64,000 nucleotides of DNA from an uncultured bacterium (GTDB lineage Bacteria > Actinomycetota > Actinomycetes > S36-B12): contig CAITYI010000261.1 of NCBI GenBank assembly GCA_903896585.1, positions 400 through 64,399 on the forward strand. The letters run 5' to 3'. Below, piece by piece: positions 28,794 to 39,978 of this stretch. Position numbers and translations under genes: made by a program. Numbering within the stretch: the stretch's first letter is position 1; each line of letters opens with the position of its first letter. Below the pieces are notes generated by a model, which saw nothing but the letters and a program-made list of their open reading frames with translations, did no database searches and was not told the DNA's origin.

Positions 28794-30306
28794 CATGTCC
28801 TTAGCTAGGTCTTTTGGTGCGGTGGTCAGTGGTGTGGCTGGGCAAATAGTGGTGGTTGAAGTTGACCATTCCCAAGGACTCCCAACGGTCGGGGTAGTGG
28901 GCTTACCCGATGCATCGGTGAATGAAGCCCGGCACCGGGTGCGCACTGCCCTGGGGAATCAGAACTTGAAATGGCCGAAGGGAAGAGTGACCATCAGTCT
29001 GTCCCCGGCGGAAGTCCGAAAGCAGGGAGCAGGACTGGATCTAGCAATAGCTATGGGAGTGTTGGGTGTAACTGGTCAAATTCCAGCCACTGCTCTCACC
29101 ACGACAGTCTTCGTGGGTGAATTGGGCCTTGACGGCAGCATTCGTCAGGTCCCGGGTGCTCTGCCCGCCACGGTCGCCGCCGCACAAGCAGGATTCACAA
29201 GTGTCGTGGTTCCCAAAGACAATAACCTCCATTGCTCTGTTGTTCCGGGTATCAAGGTTGTGTCGTATTCGACATTGACTCATGTGATCCAAGGATTAGT
29301 GCATGGTGCCGAATCGCTGCTGCCAGATGTCGATTCGCCAATTGAGCCTGAGTTCATTTTGGATTTATCAGATGTTCTCGGACAGCAGCAAGCAAGGTGG
29401 GCCTTAGAGATTGCCGCAATTGGTTCGCACAACATGCTGATGGTGGGCGCACCAGGTGTGGGCAAAACCCTGTTAGCAGAGAGGCTGCCCGGAATCCTGC
29501 CAAAACTTGACGACCACGAATCATTGGAGGTCACCTCGATTCATGCCATTGCTGGGACGCTCGCCGGACGTGGTTCCATCACGGTGCCTCCATTTGAAGC
29601 ACCACATCATTCGTCGAGCCTTTCGGCGATTGTTGGAAGCGTGCATGGGCAGCGAGTGAATCCAGGCTCAATCACTAAAGCTCATCATGGAGTTCTTTTC
29701 CTCGATGAAGCTCCGGAATTTGCGCGCAATGTTGTTGAGGTTCTGCGGCAGCCTCTCGAGTCTGGTCAGATTGTTTTGAATAGATCCCATTGGCGTGGAG
29801 TGCTGCCAGCACGATTTCAATTACTGATGGCAGCCAATCCATGTCCTTGCGGGAATTCATCTCCTGAAACTCGGCAGGAGTGTACGTGCCCCTCAATAAC
29901 TCGAAGGAACTATGCCCAGCGACTTTCAGGCCCGCTTCTTGACCGAATGGATATCAATATCTCCATGCCGCACGTCGCATCGACTGAGCTTGGGGATAAC
30001 TCCGCCACCGTTGCTCTTCGGGTCAAGGAAGCGCGGGAAAGAACCCGCTGGCGGCTCCAAGACTCACCGTGGCAAGTAAACGCGCTCGTACCTGCTTCGC
30101 AGTTACTCGCGAAATTTCAACCGACAGTGGGGGGACAAGAGTTACTTGATGCTTTTCGGCGCAAGTCAGGAGGACTTCGTGGTGCTCATCGGATCCTTCG
30201 AGTGGCGTGGAGTATCGCAGATCTCGCCGGCCATCAGCAGCCAGATCGCAATGACATTGCCATGGCAATTCATCTGCGTGAGCGACCGGGGATGCTCACC
30301 GCATGA
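28783..30306 (+). CDS. comM: YifB/ComM family Mg-chelatase-like AAA+ ATPase
   Basis: Lon-like N-domain, Walker A GAPGVGKT, Walker B VLFLDEAPEF and a Cys-rich insert. Confidence 0.9.
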   Translation: MTSDMSLARSFGAVVSGVAGQIVVVEVDHSQGLPTVGVVGLPDASVNEARHRVRTALGNQNLKWPKGRVTISLSPAEVRKQGAGLDLAIAMGVLGVTGQIPATALTTTVFVGELGLDGSIRQVPGALPATVAAAQAGFTSVVVPKDNNLHCSVVPGIKVVSYSTLTHVIQGLVHGAESLLPDVDSPIEPEFILDLSDVLGQQQARWALEIAAIGSHNMLMVGAPGVGKTLLAERLPGILPKLDDHESLEVTSIHAIAGTLAGRGSITVPPFEAPHHSSSLSAIVGSVHGQRVNPGSITKAHHGVLFLDEAPEFARNVVEVLRQPLESGQIVLNRSHWRGVLPARFQLLMAANPCPCGNSSPETRQECTCPSITRRNYAQRLSGPLLDRMDINISMPHVASTELGDNSATVALRVKEARERTRWRLQDSPWQVNALVPASQLLAKFQPTVGGQELLDAFRRKSGGLRGAHRILRVAWSIADLAGHQQPDRNDIAMAIHLRERPGMLTA

Positions 30307-31406
30307 GAATTGATCAATTGCCGGAGAATGATCGGGATGCATACTTCACCCTGGCACATCTCTGTGAACCTGCCGATGAAATTGTAAATCGGGCTCTGAC
30401 AAAGCATCGGCCCACTTCCGTCATTGAAATGCTTCTCTCGGGCCGGATTAAACCTATGTCTCGTCCTCGAATCCACGGCGCATTCACTGAATTTTCATTG
30501 GACAAGGAACGAGATTTCGCGCTCGCAATTGGGGCGAGATTCATCACCCGCGGTGAGACTGGGTGGCCACAACAACTCGAGTGCCTTGCCGAGGAATCTC
30601 CTTGTGTTCTCTGGTCCCTAGGGTCAGCCGACTTTCGGATTCTTTCACTTAAGTCCCTAGCAATTGTGGGCGCTAGAGCCTGCACTCCTTATGGTCGAGA
30701 TATTGCCATCAGTTGGTCAGGTGAATTATCAGAGAGCGGGCTGACGGTTGTTTCTGGTGGAGCAATTGGAATTGATGTTTCAGCGCATCAAGGAGCATTG
30801 CAGGTGGGAGCGCCAACATTGTGTGTGCTTGCGGGTGGCGTGCACTCTCGATACCCAGCTTCAAATGAACATGTATTTGCAAAAATCATGGACTGTGGGG
30901 CAATTGTCAGTGAATCGCCCCCGCGGCAGGAACCCCGACGTCAACGATTCCTGACCCGCAATCGCATTATCGCTGCCCTGACATTAGGAACTTTGGTGAT
31001 TGAAGCATCGAACCGAAGTGGAACAGAGTCCACCGCACATCGAGCACACCAGATGAACCGAACCGTTATGGGGGTTCCTGGATCAGTACAGTCTTCGCAA
31101 TCAGTGGGAGTTCACAGCCTTATCTCTCAGGAAGTTGCTTCCCTTGTTGCTTCACCGGCCGATGTCCTTCGAGTCATGAAACTGGAACCCCCAAAGTTGG
31201 CTGAGAAAGAACATAAACTTGATTGGCGCTCACTTTCTCAACGTGAACTTGACATATGGGAGGCCTTACCTCAGCGCGGCGGGTGCTTTCCTGCGGACCT
31301 CATTGGCACATCGAATTATTCATTGCCAGAGATCATGTCCTGCCTGACCGAGTTGGAGATCAAGGAAATGGCTCATTCAGATGGATTTTTATGGAGAAGA
31401 ACATAG
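30303..31406 (+). CDS. dprA: DNA-processing protein DprA
   Basis: GARACTPYG and SGGAIGIDVSAHQGAL Rossmann-like motifs. ATGA overlap with comM. Confidence 0.88.
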   Translation: MRIDQLPENDRDAYFTLAHLCEPADEIVNRALTKHRPTSVIEMLLSGRIKPMSRPRIHGAFTEFSLDKERDFALAIGARFITRGETGWPQQLECLAEESPCVLWSLGSADFRILSLKSLAIVGARACTPYGRDIAISWSGELSESGLTVVSGGAIGIDVSAHQGALQVGAPTLCVLAGGVHSRYPASNEHVFAKIMDCGAIVSESPPRQEPRRQRFLTRNRIIAALTLGTLVIEASNRSGTESTAHRAHQMNRTVMGVPGSVQSSQSVGVHSLISQEVASLVASPADVLRVMKLEPPKLAEKEHKLDWRSLSQRELDIWEALPQRGGCFPADLIGTSNYSLPEIMSCLTELEIKEMAHSDGFLWRRT

Positions 31407-31418
31407 ACACTTTTCCAA

Positions 31419-32375
31419 GTGTCGAAGGGGGATTGCGAATTTTTCATGCACACTATTGGAGTGCAGAAGTTATCGGCGGTCATTGAAGATCAAATCAATG
31501 GATTCGTAGTGCACATCCGCGATGAACGAAAGCGAAGTGTGCATACCGTGGCTGCCTATCAGGCAGACTTGCGTGGCCTTTTTGGCTTCGTCAATTCCGC
31601 CCAGTCTGTAGCGGATCTCACATTGATTGATCTGCGCTCCTGGTTGGCTGATCTACAACAACGTGGTCAAGCGCGCTCAACCATTGCGCGCAAGGCTGCG
31701 GCAGCTCGAGCGTTTACATCATGGGCCCGCAAGCGCGGAATAATAGATCAGGATCCCGCGGTCAGACTCCTGAGTCCATCAGTACCAAAAACATTGCCAT
31801 CCATTTTGAGTACCGAACAGGCCGTTCAGGCAATAATGTCAATCGTAGAAGATGACCCGGCCATTCAAGCTCGAAATATTGCAATATTGGAATTGCTTTA
31901 TGCCACGGGCATTCGGGTTTCCGAATTGTGTGGCATTGATATTTCTGATGTCGACCAGACGCGAAACGTTGTAAGAGTATTGGGTAAAGGCAATAGGGAA
32001 CGAGTCGTACCTTTCGGGATCCCTGCTGCTGGTGCAGTGCAAGATTGGATAACTTTGCGCTCACAGATTACCGTCGATAAATTGGCCCTGTTCGTTGGAG
32101 TGCGCGGTGCCAGAATTGACCCACGAGCGGTTCGCACCCTGGTAAACAGAGTTACGTTAGCGACAACGGGCCAGCGACTTTCGCCACACGCCTTGAGACA
32201 TTCGGCCGCTACCCATGTTCTTGAGGGTGGCGCTGACCTGAGAGTCGTGCAAGAGCTTTTGGGTCATTCATCTATGTCCACCACTCAGAGATATACCCAC
32301 GTCAGTGTTGACCGGTTACGAAATACTTTTCGACTTGCTCATCCGCGAGCAGAGGACATGAGTGACGATGAATGA
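31419..32375 (+). CDS. xerC: site-specific tyrosine recombinase XerC
   Basis: SAM-like N-domain. Catalytic region HALRHSAATHVLEGGADLRVVQELLGHSSMSTTQRYTHV. The start is GTG 31419 or ATG 31446. Confidence 0.88.
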   Translation: MSKGDCEFFMHTIGVQKLSAVIEDQINGFVVHIRDERKRSVHTVAAYQADLRGLFGFVNSAQSVADLTLIDLRSWLADLQQRGQARSTIARKAAAARAFTSWARKRGIIDQDPAVRLLSPSVPKTLPSILSTEQAVQAIMSIVEDDPAIQARNIAILELLYATGIRVSELCGIDISDVDQTRNVVRVLGKGNRERVVPFGIPAAGAVQDWITLRSQITVDKLALFVGVRGARIDPRAVRTLVNRVTLATTGQRLSPHALRHSAATHVLEGGADLRVVQELLGHSSMSTTQRYTHVSVDRLRNTFRLAHPRAEDMSDDE

Positions 32376-32899
32376 AACCACATTAGGGTCGGGTTGAGGT
32401 AATGATCCTTGTCAATTTTCAACCCGAGGTGAAGGCAAGTCGCGCTGCAGTGACTGTTGCCAAGGGTGGTGTAGCCAATAAGTTGACCGGCGGAAACGTA
32501 TTCACCACGAGATAGAGTCGACACGACGGGTTCATAGGTCGATCGAATAGGCCGTGGTCCTAAACGAGGGTGCAGACCGTGGCTGATCGACACCGTGGGT
32601 TTCCCGGCAATCGTTCCGGCGAAAAAGACCACACCGGCACCTACCGAGTAGACGGCCGTTCCAAGATCCGCCGGGAAGTCCACCCCGCGATGGCCGCGCG
32701 CACCATGGGTGTGGCCCTCTGGTGGGTCAAAGCCCGTGGAAATATCTTGGGGAGTAACTCCCCTGAGCGGAAGGCGCCACGACGGCGAAATCCAATCCTG
32801 GGAGATCGGGTTCGAGGTGGGTGCCGGACTTCCCTGAGCAACGGGGAGGGAATAGGTCAGAACAGTGCTCATCACCAGCAGAATCAGAGATATTCGCAT
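32339..32899 (-). CDS. secreted M23 family metallopeptidase
   Basis: Signal peptide plus the HRGVDF (HxxxD) and CLHLGL (HxH-type) motifs. Its 3' end overlaps the xerC 3' end by 37 nt. Confidence 0.8.
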   Translation of the reverse strand: MRISLILLVMSTVLTYSLPVAQGSPAPTSNPISQDWISPSWRLPLRGVTPQDISTGFDPPEGHTHGARGHRGVDFPADLGTAVYSVGAGVVFFAGTIAGKPTVSISHGLHPRLGPRPIRSTYEPVVSTLSRGEYVSAGQLIGYTTLGNSHCSATCLHLGLKIDKDHYLNPTLMWFHSSSLMSSARG

Positions 32900-33209
32900 G
32901 GCTTATGGTGGTCAATATCCTCTGATAGGTGGCAAATGTCCACAGATGCGGCCTTGTTGAGGGCGGTAGTGGGGATCACTGTGGATACCCCTAGACTTTG
33001 GTGGCTTGGGACTCCCAAGTGCTCGAAAAACACCTGCTCGAAAATTCGCGTGGCTTAATCCGGTAGTCCGGCCGCTTTCCCACGGTCTGTGCTTGCACAG
33101 GTTCGAAAGCGAAGCCACCAGGGGAGGGTTCCAAAATGGATCCCTTCAATAAACCGTGTGCGGCTGCGGCCGCGTAATCCGGGCCAAGTGCCCACGAGGA
33201 GTAGTACAA

Positions 33210-33992
33210 ATGTCCGTCGTAACAATGCGACAGCTGCTAGATAGTGGTGTTCATTTTGGCCACCAAACCCGGCGCTGGAACCCAAAAATGAAACGCTTTA
33301 TTTTCACCGAGCGCAACGGCATCTACATCATCGACCTTCAGCAGTCATTGGGATACATAGATCGAGCCTACGAATTCGTTCGAGAGACAGTTGCTCGTGG
33401 TGGATCCATCATGTTTGTGGGTACCAAGAAACAAGCCCAAGAGGCAATCGCCGAGCAAGCTACCCGGGTGGGAATGCCCTACGTCAATCATCGTTGGCTT
33501 GGCGGAATGTTGACGAACTTCAGCACTGTCCACAAGCGTCTTCAGCGTCTTAAGGAACTTGAAGTAATTGATTTCAGTGACGTTGCTGGTTCCAATCTCA
33601 CCAAGAAGGAACTCTTGGTCCTTCGTCGTGAGAAAGAGAAACTGGAGAAAACCCTCGGCGGAATCCGCGACATGGCCAAAATTCCGAGCATTGTGTGGAT
33701 TGTTGATACCAACAAGGAGCACATTGCAGTCCAAGAAGCACACAAGCTCAACATTCCGGTAATAGCAATGTTGGACACAAACTGTGACCCTGATGTTGTT
33801 GATTACCCAATTCCAGGAAACGACGATGCTATTCGTGCGGTTGGACTGTTGACGCGCGTCATTGCCGATGCTGCGGCAGAAGGTTTAATTGCCCGCGCTG
33901 GGGGAGCGACTGCAGTTGAAGTTGAGCCACTTGCAGAGTGGGAACGCGAGCTTCTCACAGTGAGTGAAGTCACAGAACCTCCCACTACCTGA
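33210..33992 (+). CDS. rpsB: 30S ribosomal protein S2
   Basis: [30 protein letters not shown] 33210 follows CGAGGAG; the track ORF begins at 33156. Confidence 0.95.
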   Translation: MSVVTMRQLLDSGVHFGHQTRRWNPKMKRFIFTERNGIYIIDLQQSLGYIDRAYEFVRETVARGGSIMFVGTKKQAQEAIAEQATRVGMPYVNHRWLGGMLTNFSTVHKRLQRLKELEVIDFSDVAGSNLTKKELLVLRREKEKLEKTLGGIRDMAKIPSIVWIVDTNKEHIAVQEAHKLNIPVIAMLDTNCDPDVVDYPIPGNDDAIRAVGLLTRVIADAAAEGLIARAGGATAVEVEPLAEWERELLTVSEVTEPPTT

Positions 33993-34025
33993 AACTACAA
34001 GAGCAGAATAGGAAATTTGAGAACC

Positions 34026-34841
34026 ATGGCATCAATTAGTGCATCCGACGTTAAGCGACTTCGTGAAGCTACCTCCGCCGGAATGATGGAGTGCAAAAAA
34101 GCCCTTGAGGAATCCGGTGGGGACTTCGACAATGCGGTGGAGGCCCTTCGAATTTCAGGTGCAGCAAAGGCTGCAAAACGTGGTGCTGAGCGCACCACAT
34201 CGAATGGCATTGTCGCTTCAACGGGAAATGCACTTATCGAGTTATTGTGTGAAACGGACTTTGTGGCGAAGAGCGAGGATTTCCAGACATTGGGTAATTC
34301 AATTGCTGCTGCGGCACAGGCCAGCCAAGCAGGGACGGTTGCGGCGCTTTTGACTCAGTCACTTGACAGTGGTGGATCTGTCGAGTCCGCAATTAACGAA
34401 CTTGCCGGTGTTATTGGTGAAAAAATCGAACTCGGAAGAGTTGCCGTCCTCGAGACACCGGTGGCTCTTTATTTGCACAAGCGAGCATCAGATTTACCTC
34501 CTCAGGTAGGTGTTTTAGTGGCCTACAGTGGCAATGAAGAAGCGGCTCGCGGGATTGCCATGCAGATTGCTGCCATGCGTCCCCAATTCCTCACACGCGA
34601 GGAAGTCCCGGCTGCGACAGTCGAAAGTGAAAAAAGAATTGCTGAGGAAACGGCCAAAGAAGAAGGCAAGCCCGAAGCTGCAATGCCAAAAATTATTGAA
34701 GGACGCGTTAACTCGTATTACAAAGATGTCGTATTGCTGGAGCAACCCAGTGTAACCGATAACAAGAAGACGGTGGCGCAGGTTTTAGCTGAAGCAGATA
34801 CAACAGTGACAGCCTTTGCCCGTTTTGAGCCAGGGCAGTAA
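34026..34841 (+). CDS. tsf: elongation factor Ts
   Basis: [30 protein letters not shown]-like N-terminus. Confidence 0.95.
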   Translation: MASISASDVKRLREATSAGMMECKKALEESGGDFDNAVEALRISGAAKAAKRGAERTTSNGIVASTGNALIELLCETDFVAKSEDFQTLGNSIAAAAQASQAGTVAALLTQSLDSGGSVESAINELAGVIGEKIELGRVAVLETPVALYLHKRASDLPPQVGVLVAYSGNEEAARGIAMQIAAMRPQFLTREEVPAATVESEKRIAEETAKEEGKPEAAMPKIIEGRVNSYYKDVVLLEQPSVTDNKKTVAQVLAEADTTVTAFARFEPGQ

Positions 34842-34865
34842 CCACGAGGTTTTCGATTTGCGTAG

Positions 34866-35666
<801 letters not shown>

Positions 35667-35708
35667 AATGGCAATCTATGTATATGTATCAAGAGATGGG
35701 AACTGACA

Positions 35709-36275
35709 ATGTCAGAAGAAATTGATCTCATTCTGGCTGAGGCCGGAGAGAAAATGGACAAGGCTATCGCCGTAGCGCGTGAGGATTTCTCCACTATCCG
35801 AACCGGGAGGGCAACTCCAGCTATGTTTAACAAGGTTTCAGTTGACTACTACGGGACCCAAACCCCTATCAATCAATTAGCTTCTTTTCAGACTCCCGAA
35901 GCTCGAATGATTTTGATTACCCCTTATGACAAGGGAGCCATGGCCGGTATCGAGAAGTCCTTGCGCGATAGCGATCTTGGCATCAACCCAACCACCGATG
36001 GCAATGTGATACGGGTTGTTCTTCCACAACTCACGGAAGATCGGCGTAAAGAATACATAAAGCTGGCTCGTACAAAGGGCGAAGACGCCAAAATTTCAAT
36101 TCGTAATATCCGCCGTCATGCAAAAGAATCCCTCGAAACCATGCAAAAGGATGGCGATGCAGGAGAAGACGATATTCGCCGTGCTGAAAAGTCTCTCGAT
36201 GACCTCACGCACAAAAATGCCGAACACATCGATGAAATCCTGAAGCATAAAGAAGCTGAGTTGCTCGAGGTCTGA
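35709..36275 (+). CDS. frr: ribosome recycling factor
   Basis: 188 aa with FSTIRTGRATPAMF and VDYYGTQTPINQLA motifs. Confidence 0.95.
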   Translation: MSEEIDLILAEAGEKMDKAIAVAREDFSTIRTGRATPAMFNKVSVDYYGTQTPINQLASFQTPEARMILITPYDKGAMAGIEKSLRDSDLGINPTTDGNVIRVVLPQLTEDRRKEYIKLARTKGEDAKISIRNIRRHAKESLETMQKDGDAGEDDIRRAEKSLDDLTHKNAEHIDEILKHKEAELLEV

Positions 36276-36278
36276 CGA

Positions 36279-37127
36279 ATGGAATCTGAGCAGCCAACGC
36301 CAAAAGCTGGGAGAAATCTGCCCGCTGCCATTGCTTCAGGAATTGCCTTGATAGTCGTTGTGATTCTGACTCTATTTACCGTGAAGTGGTTTTTTGGAGT
36401 CGTTGCCATTATTGCCTTACTTATTGCGGTCCATGAATTCGTCACTGTCTTGTCTCGTCGGAATATTTCAGTGTCGAGGACTCCGGTATATCTAGCCACC
36501 GCTTTTATTCCCGCGGCTGCTTATATTTGGGGATTTGAAGCTCAACTCATTGCAACAGGCGTTTCTATTCTGCTGGTCATGTTTTGGCGAATTCGTAAGG
36601 GCGCCACGGGCTACCTCGTGGATATCGGTGCATCAGTTCTTTTAGTCGCCTATTTGCCCTTTATGGCAGCATTTCTTATGTTGTCACTGGCCGCAGACAA
36701 TGGACCGTGGAGAGTGGCGGTGTTTATTTTGCTTACCGTCTCTAACGATATTGGTGGATATGCATTCGGTGTACTTTTTGGCAAGCACCCAATGGCTCCG
36801 CACCTTAGCCCAAAAAAATCGTGGGAAGGTTTCTTCGGTAGCGTTGTCCTTCAGTCTGTTGTAGGAATAGTCGCATTCGTTTTGATTTTTGATGCGCCGT
36901 GGTGGCAAGGTTTGGTTGCGGGGCTTATCTTGACTGTGACTGCTACCGGTGGCGACTTTGTTGAGAGTGCCATAAAGCGCGACTTGGGCGTAAAGGACAT
37001 GGGATCGATTGTTCCTGGCCATGGAGGAATCATGGATCGGTTAGATTCTCTGATTCCAAATGCGTTTGCTTCTTGGGTAGTTTTCACTATCTTTCTTGGA
37101 TCCGGCGTAGTCGCAGTGAGCGCATAA
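36279..37127 (+). CDS. cdsA: phosphatidate cytidylyltransferase
   Basis: Polytopic, with the signature [28 protein letters not shown]. Confidence 0.88.
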   Translation: MESEQPTPKAGRNLPAAIASGIALIVVVILTLFTVKWFFGVVAIIALLIAVHEFVTVLSRRNISVSRTPVYLATAFIPAAAYIWGFEAQLIATGVSILLVMFWRIRKGATGYLVDIGASVLLVAYLPFMAAFLMLSLAADNGPWRVAVFILLTVSNDIGGYAFGVLFGKHPMAPHLSPKKSWEGFFGSVVLQSVVGIVAFVLIFDAPWWQGLVAGLILTVTATGGDFVESAIKRDLGVKDMGSIVPGHGGIMDRLDSLIPNAFASWVVFTIFLGSGVVAVSA

Positions 37128-38227
37128 TGCCTGTGCCCGGTGAGCTAGTTTTTGAGTCTCCTAAGCGAGGAAAGCCACCTGTTCACTTTCTGGACTTGGA
37201 TCAGAACGGGCGTAAAAAGGCGATTTCCGATCTCGGCATTCCCAGTTTTCGTGCGGATCAGGTTTCACGTCACATTTTTGAGCACCTCGATAAAGATCCA
37301 CAAGACTGGACCGATGTTCCTGTTGAGGATCGATTGCTTATTGTCGACTCCCTCCTACCAACTCTGCTGAGCCCAGTACGTTCAATTGAGTGTGACAATG
37401 GAGAAACTGTGAAGTCGCTGTGGCGCCTTCACGATGGTTCCTTGGTGGAAAGTGTGCTTATGCGATATCCAAGTCGAGTGACCATGTGTATTTCATCTCA
37501 GGCGGGCTGTGGAATGAATTGTCCGTTCTGTGCAACCGGCCAAGCAGGATTAACCAGAAATCTATCCTCGTCGGAAATATTTGGTCAAGTGTTGGCTGGG
37601 GCACAGAGTTTGGCTCGCAATCAGATTGCTGGTGGTCCAGGGCGAGTTTCGAATATTGTTTTTATGGGAATGGGTGAACCATTAGCCAATTACAACGCGG
37701 TGATGACCGCTATTCACCGGATTGTCGACCCCTCGCCATCCGGTCTTGGAATCTCAGCTCGGGGTGTCACGGTTTCGACAGTGGGACTTGTTCCAAGAAT
37801 CAGACAACTTGCCTCTGAGGGCTTGCCGCTCACTTTGGCGGTTTCGCTTCACGCTCCGGATAATGAACTCAGAGATACTCTCGTACCAGTCAATACCCGG
37901 TGGCCGGTCGAAGAAGTACTCGATTCCGCTTGGGAATATGCCCGAGTCACCAATCGCAGAGTCAGCATTGAATATGCACTCATCAGAGATATCAATGATC
38001 AACCTGAGCGTGCGCACCTGTTAGGGGAATTACTAAAAGATCAGTTGGTGCACGTCAACTTGATCCCTTTGAACCCGACACCTGGATCAAAGTGGACAGC
38101 TTCGCGCCCAGAAGCTGAAGCAGCGTTCGTTCGGATTTTGCAGGAACACGGCGTCGCTGTCACGGTGCGGGATACTAGGGGGCGGGAAATTGATGGTGCT
38201 TGCGGGCAACTAGCAGCATTGGAATAG
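37127..38227 (+). CDS. rlmN: 23S rRNA/tRNA (adenine-C2)-methyltransferase RlmN
   Basis: Radical-SAM [11 protein letters not shown] motif. TAATG overlap with the cdsA stop; the track ORF begins at 37073. Confidence 0.92.
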   Translation: MPVPGELVFESPKRGKPPVHFLDLDQNGRKKAISDLGIPSFRADQVSRHIFEHLDKDPQDWTDVPVEDRLLIVDSLLPTLLSPVRSIECDNGETVKSLWRLHDGSLVESVLMRYPSRVTMCISSQAGCGMNCPFCATGQAGLTRNLSSSEIFGQVLAGAQSLARNQIAGGPGRVSNIVFMGMGEPLANYNAVMTAIHRIVDPSPSGLGISARGVTVSTVGLVPRIRQLASEGLPLTLAVSLHAPDNELRDTLVPVNTRWPVEEVLDSAWEYARVTNRRVSIEYALIRDINDQPERAHLLGELLKDQLVHVNLIPLNPTPGSKWTASRPEAEAAFVRILQEHGVAVTVRDTRGREIDGACGQLAALE

Positions 38228-38259
38228 ATTCCACCGTGAACACGAAGGAGCGTGGAGCC

Positions 38260-38781
38260 GTGAAGCATGTTGTGAATAAGTCATTAGCCAAGACGCTGCT
38301 GGCGACAATCTTTAGGCTGACACTTTTATTTGCCGTGGTTGCCATACTTCTGGGCAGAATTCCCCAAGAAGACAGAGCATTAGAGTCTTATGGAGTTGTT
38401 GTGGCTTTCGTCATTCTATCTGTTGTGTATGCCTTTTACTTCTTTTTCCAATTACGTGAAATTCGACGTTCCCAGCATCCGCAGGTCAGGGCGACGGAGG
38501 CCATGATTTCCACGGCATTTTTATTCCTTGCTATGTTTGCAACTATTTACACAATCATCAGTGTTGATGATCCATCTTCGTTCACAGAGCCACTCACTTC
38601 ATTTACCGGGCTCTATCTCGCAATCACAGTATTGTCGACAGTTGGTTTCGGTGATATCACACCTGTTTCGGTAATGGCGCGAAGTGTCATCATGGTTCAA
38701 ATGGCATTGGGCTTGGTGTACCTCGGGCTAGTGGTGAAGGTATTTGCGGGAGCAGTTAAGAGTCGGAAGAAAACCGGGTAA
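38260..38781 (+). CDS. small potassium channel family protein (no RCK domain)
   Basis: TM helices flank a pore loop with the selectivity filter TVGFGD. GTG 38260 lies 9 nt after AAGGAG; the track ORF begins at 38200 inside rlmN. Confidence 0.75.
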   Translation: MKHVVNKSLAKTLLATIFRLTLLFAVVAILLGRIPQEDRALESYGVVVAFVILSVVYAFYFFFQLREIRRSQHPQVRATEAMISTAFLFLAMFATIYTIISVDDPSSFTEPLTSFTGLYLAITVLSTVGFGDITPVSVMARSVIMVQMALGLVYLGLVVKVFAGAVKSRKKTG

Positions 38782-38810
38782 AAAACAGATCTGAAAACCC
38801 TGGTCGCTTC

Positions 38811-39929
38811 CTACCGATCTAGGTGTAGGAGTTCAATAATTTCCTGTGAAGACTCGCCAAGTAATGGTGCGGGCACGTAATTTTCCACGGGTGTCGCTGA
38901 CATGATTAACGGGTTGGCTACTTGACCGTTAATGATTGGATCGAGATCCAATCGGCTGGCCAATTTGAACGCTTGATCAATGGAATTTATGGGTCCACAC
39001 GGAACTCCAGCCTCGTTGAGTGAGGAGGTCCACACTGAGGAAGTGTCAGTCTTCAGTCGGTTTTCCAATAGTTCCTTTAACTGCGACCGATTAATCACGC
39101 GGGCTTGATTTGTTGAATACATTGGATCTTTCTCTAGGTTGTTCAATTTAAGAACGTGACACAATTGGGCGAACTGGGAATTATTGCCCACCGCGATCAC
39201 TATTGATTGATCTTGGGTGGCAAAGACTTCATACGGAGCAATACTGGGGTGGACATTACCCATTCGCTGTGGCGTCACACCACCTAATGCAAAAGCCCCA
39301 CTTTGATTGACCATAGATGACAACAAAGCAGAGAGCAGGTTAATCTCAATGTGCTGACCCTCTCCGGAAGATTCTCGAGCATGTAATGCGGCCAGAATTC
39401 CGATTGCTGCGTGCAATCCAGTGACGACATCGACCAAGGCAACACCTACTTTGGTGGGCTCATCAGTCCCGGTGATGCTCATGAGCCCGCCCATTGCTTG
39501 AACAAGTAGATCGTAACCGGGTAATTGACTCCCCGCCTTACTTCCAAAACCGCTAATGCTGCAATAAATCAGTTGTGGATTTACCGCCGAAAGGCTTGAG
39601 TAATCGAGTCCATATCTTTGAAGCGCACCCACTTTGTGATTCTCAACCAAGATATCTGCCTGCCTTGCTAAGTTAACTGCTCGATTCCGATCTCGAACCT
39701 CGGTGAAGTCCAGTGTCAAAGATTTCTTATTTCGATTAACGCTGTCGAAGTAGGTGGAGTGGTTATCGGGAGTCACGGGTGGGATCCATGAGCGAGTGTC
39801 GTCGCCGCTCCCAGGTTTCTCCACTTTAATCACGGTTGCACCCAAGTCGGCTAACAACATGGTTGCATAAGGTCCTGCAAGAATTCGCGAAAAATCCGCC
39901 ACAAGAATCCCGTCAAGTGCCCCAGTCAT
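38811..39929 (-). CDS. family III (CaiB/BaiF) CoA-transferase, glutarate/dicarboxylate type suggested by context
   Basis: GILVADFSRILAGPYATMLLADLGATVIKVEKPGSGDDTRSW N-terminus is typical of the family. It lies downstream of a glutaryl-CoA dehydrogenase. Confidence 0.85.
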   Translation of the reverse strand: MTGALDGILVADFSRILAGPYATMLLADLGATVIKVEKPGSGDDTRSWIPPVTPDNHSTYFDSVNRNKKSLTLDFTEVRDRNRAVNLARQADILVENHKVGALQRYGLDYSSLSAVNPQLIYCSISGFGSKAGSQLPGYDLLVQAMGGLMSITGTDEPTKVGVALVDVVTGLHAAIGILAALHARESSGEGQHIEINLLSALLSSMVNQSGAFALGGVTPQRMGNVHPSIAPYEVFATQDQSIVIAVGNNSQFAQLCHVLKLNNLEKDPMYSTNQARVINRSQLKELLENRLKTDTSSVWTSSLNEAGVPCGPINSIDQAFKLASRLDLDPIINGQVANPLIMSATPVENYVPAPLLGESSQEIIELLHLDR

Positions 39930-39944
39930 GACGTGTCTTTCATG

Positions 39945-39970
39945 TTGTGACCTTAAGCATATTGTGACCT
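39945..39970. repeat. 9-bp perfect direct repeat TTGTGACCT x2 (17-bp period) in the gcdH/CoA-transferase spacer
   Basis: Copies at 39945-39953 and 39962-39970. On the coding (minus) strand this reads AGGTCACAA-n8-AGGTCACAA, ending 15 nt before the CoA-transferase ATG. Confidence 0.85.
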
Positions 39971-39978
39971 CAAGGAAG

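Noticed and set aside
28284-28946. 220-aa minus-strand ORF spanning the rnhB 3' end, yraN and the comM 5' end
   Set aside because: It is antisense to three motif-supported genes. Its composition looks like random translation and there are no domain signatures.
32999-33120. tRNA or tmRNA-like element (GGTTCGAAA T-loop-like string and a ...GCCACCA end)
   Set aside because: The flanks of GGTTCGAAA do not form a T-stem. The 9-bp terminal helix encloses about 105 nt, and no D or anticodon arm can be drawn. It is kept only as an unclassified structured region.
32900-33160. c-di-AMP (ydaO-type) riboswitch upstream of the M23 cell-wall hydrolase gene
   Set aside because: Only a GCUUAAUC-like string on the opposite (rpsB) strand resembles the motif. 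The conserved GGGGACCCA, GGGGUGAAUC and CAGCUAACCUCGUAAGCG cores are not present on either strand as far as I can read.
38200-38260. Overlap of the channel ORF with rlmN (track start 38200)
   Set aside because: The in-frame GTG at 38260, preceded by AAGGAG, gives a non-overlapping gene with the first TM helix intact. The longer form is probably an ORF-caller artefact.
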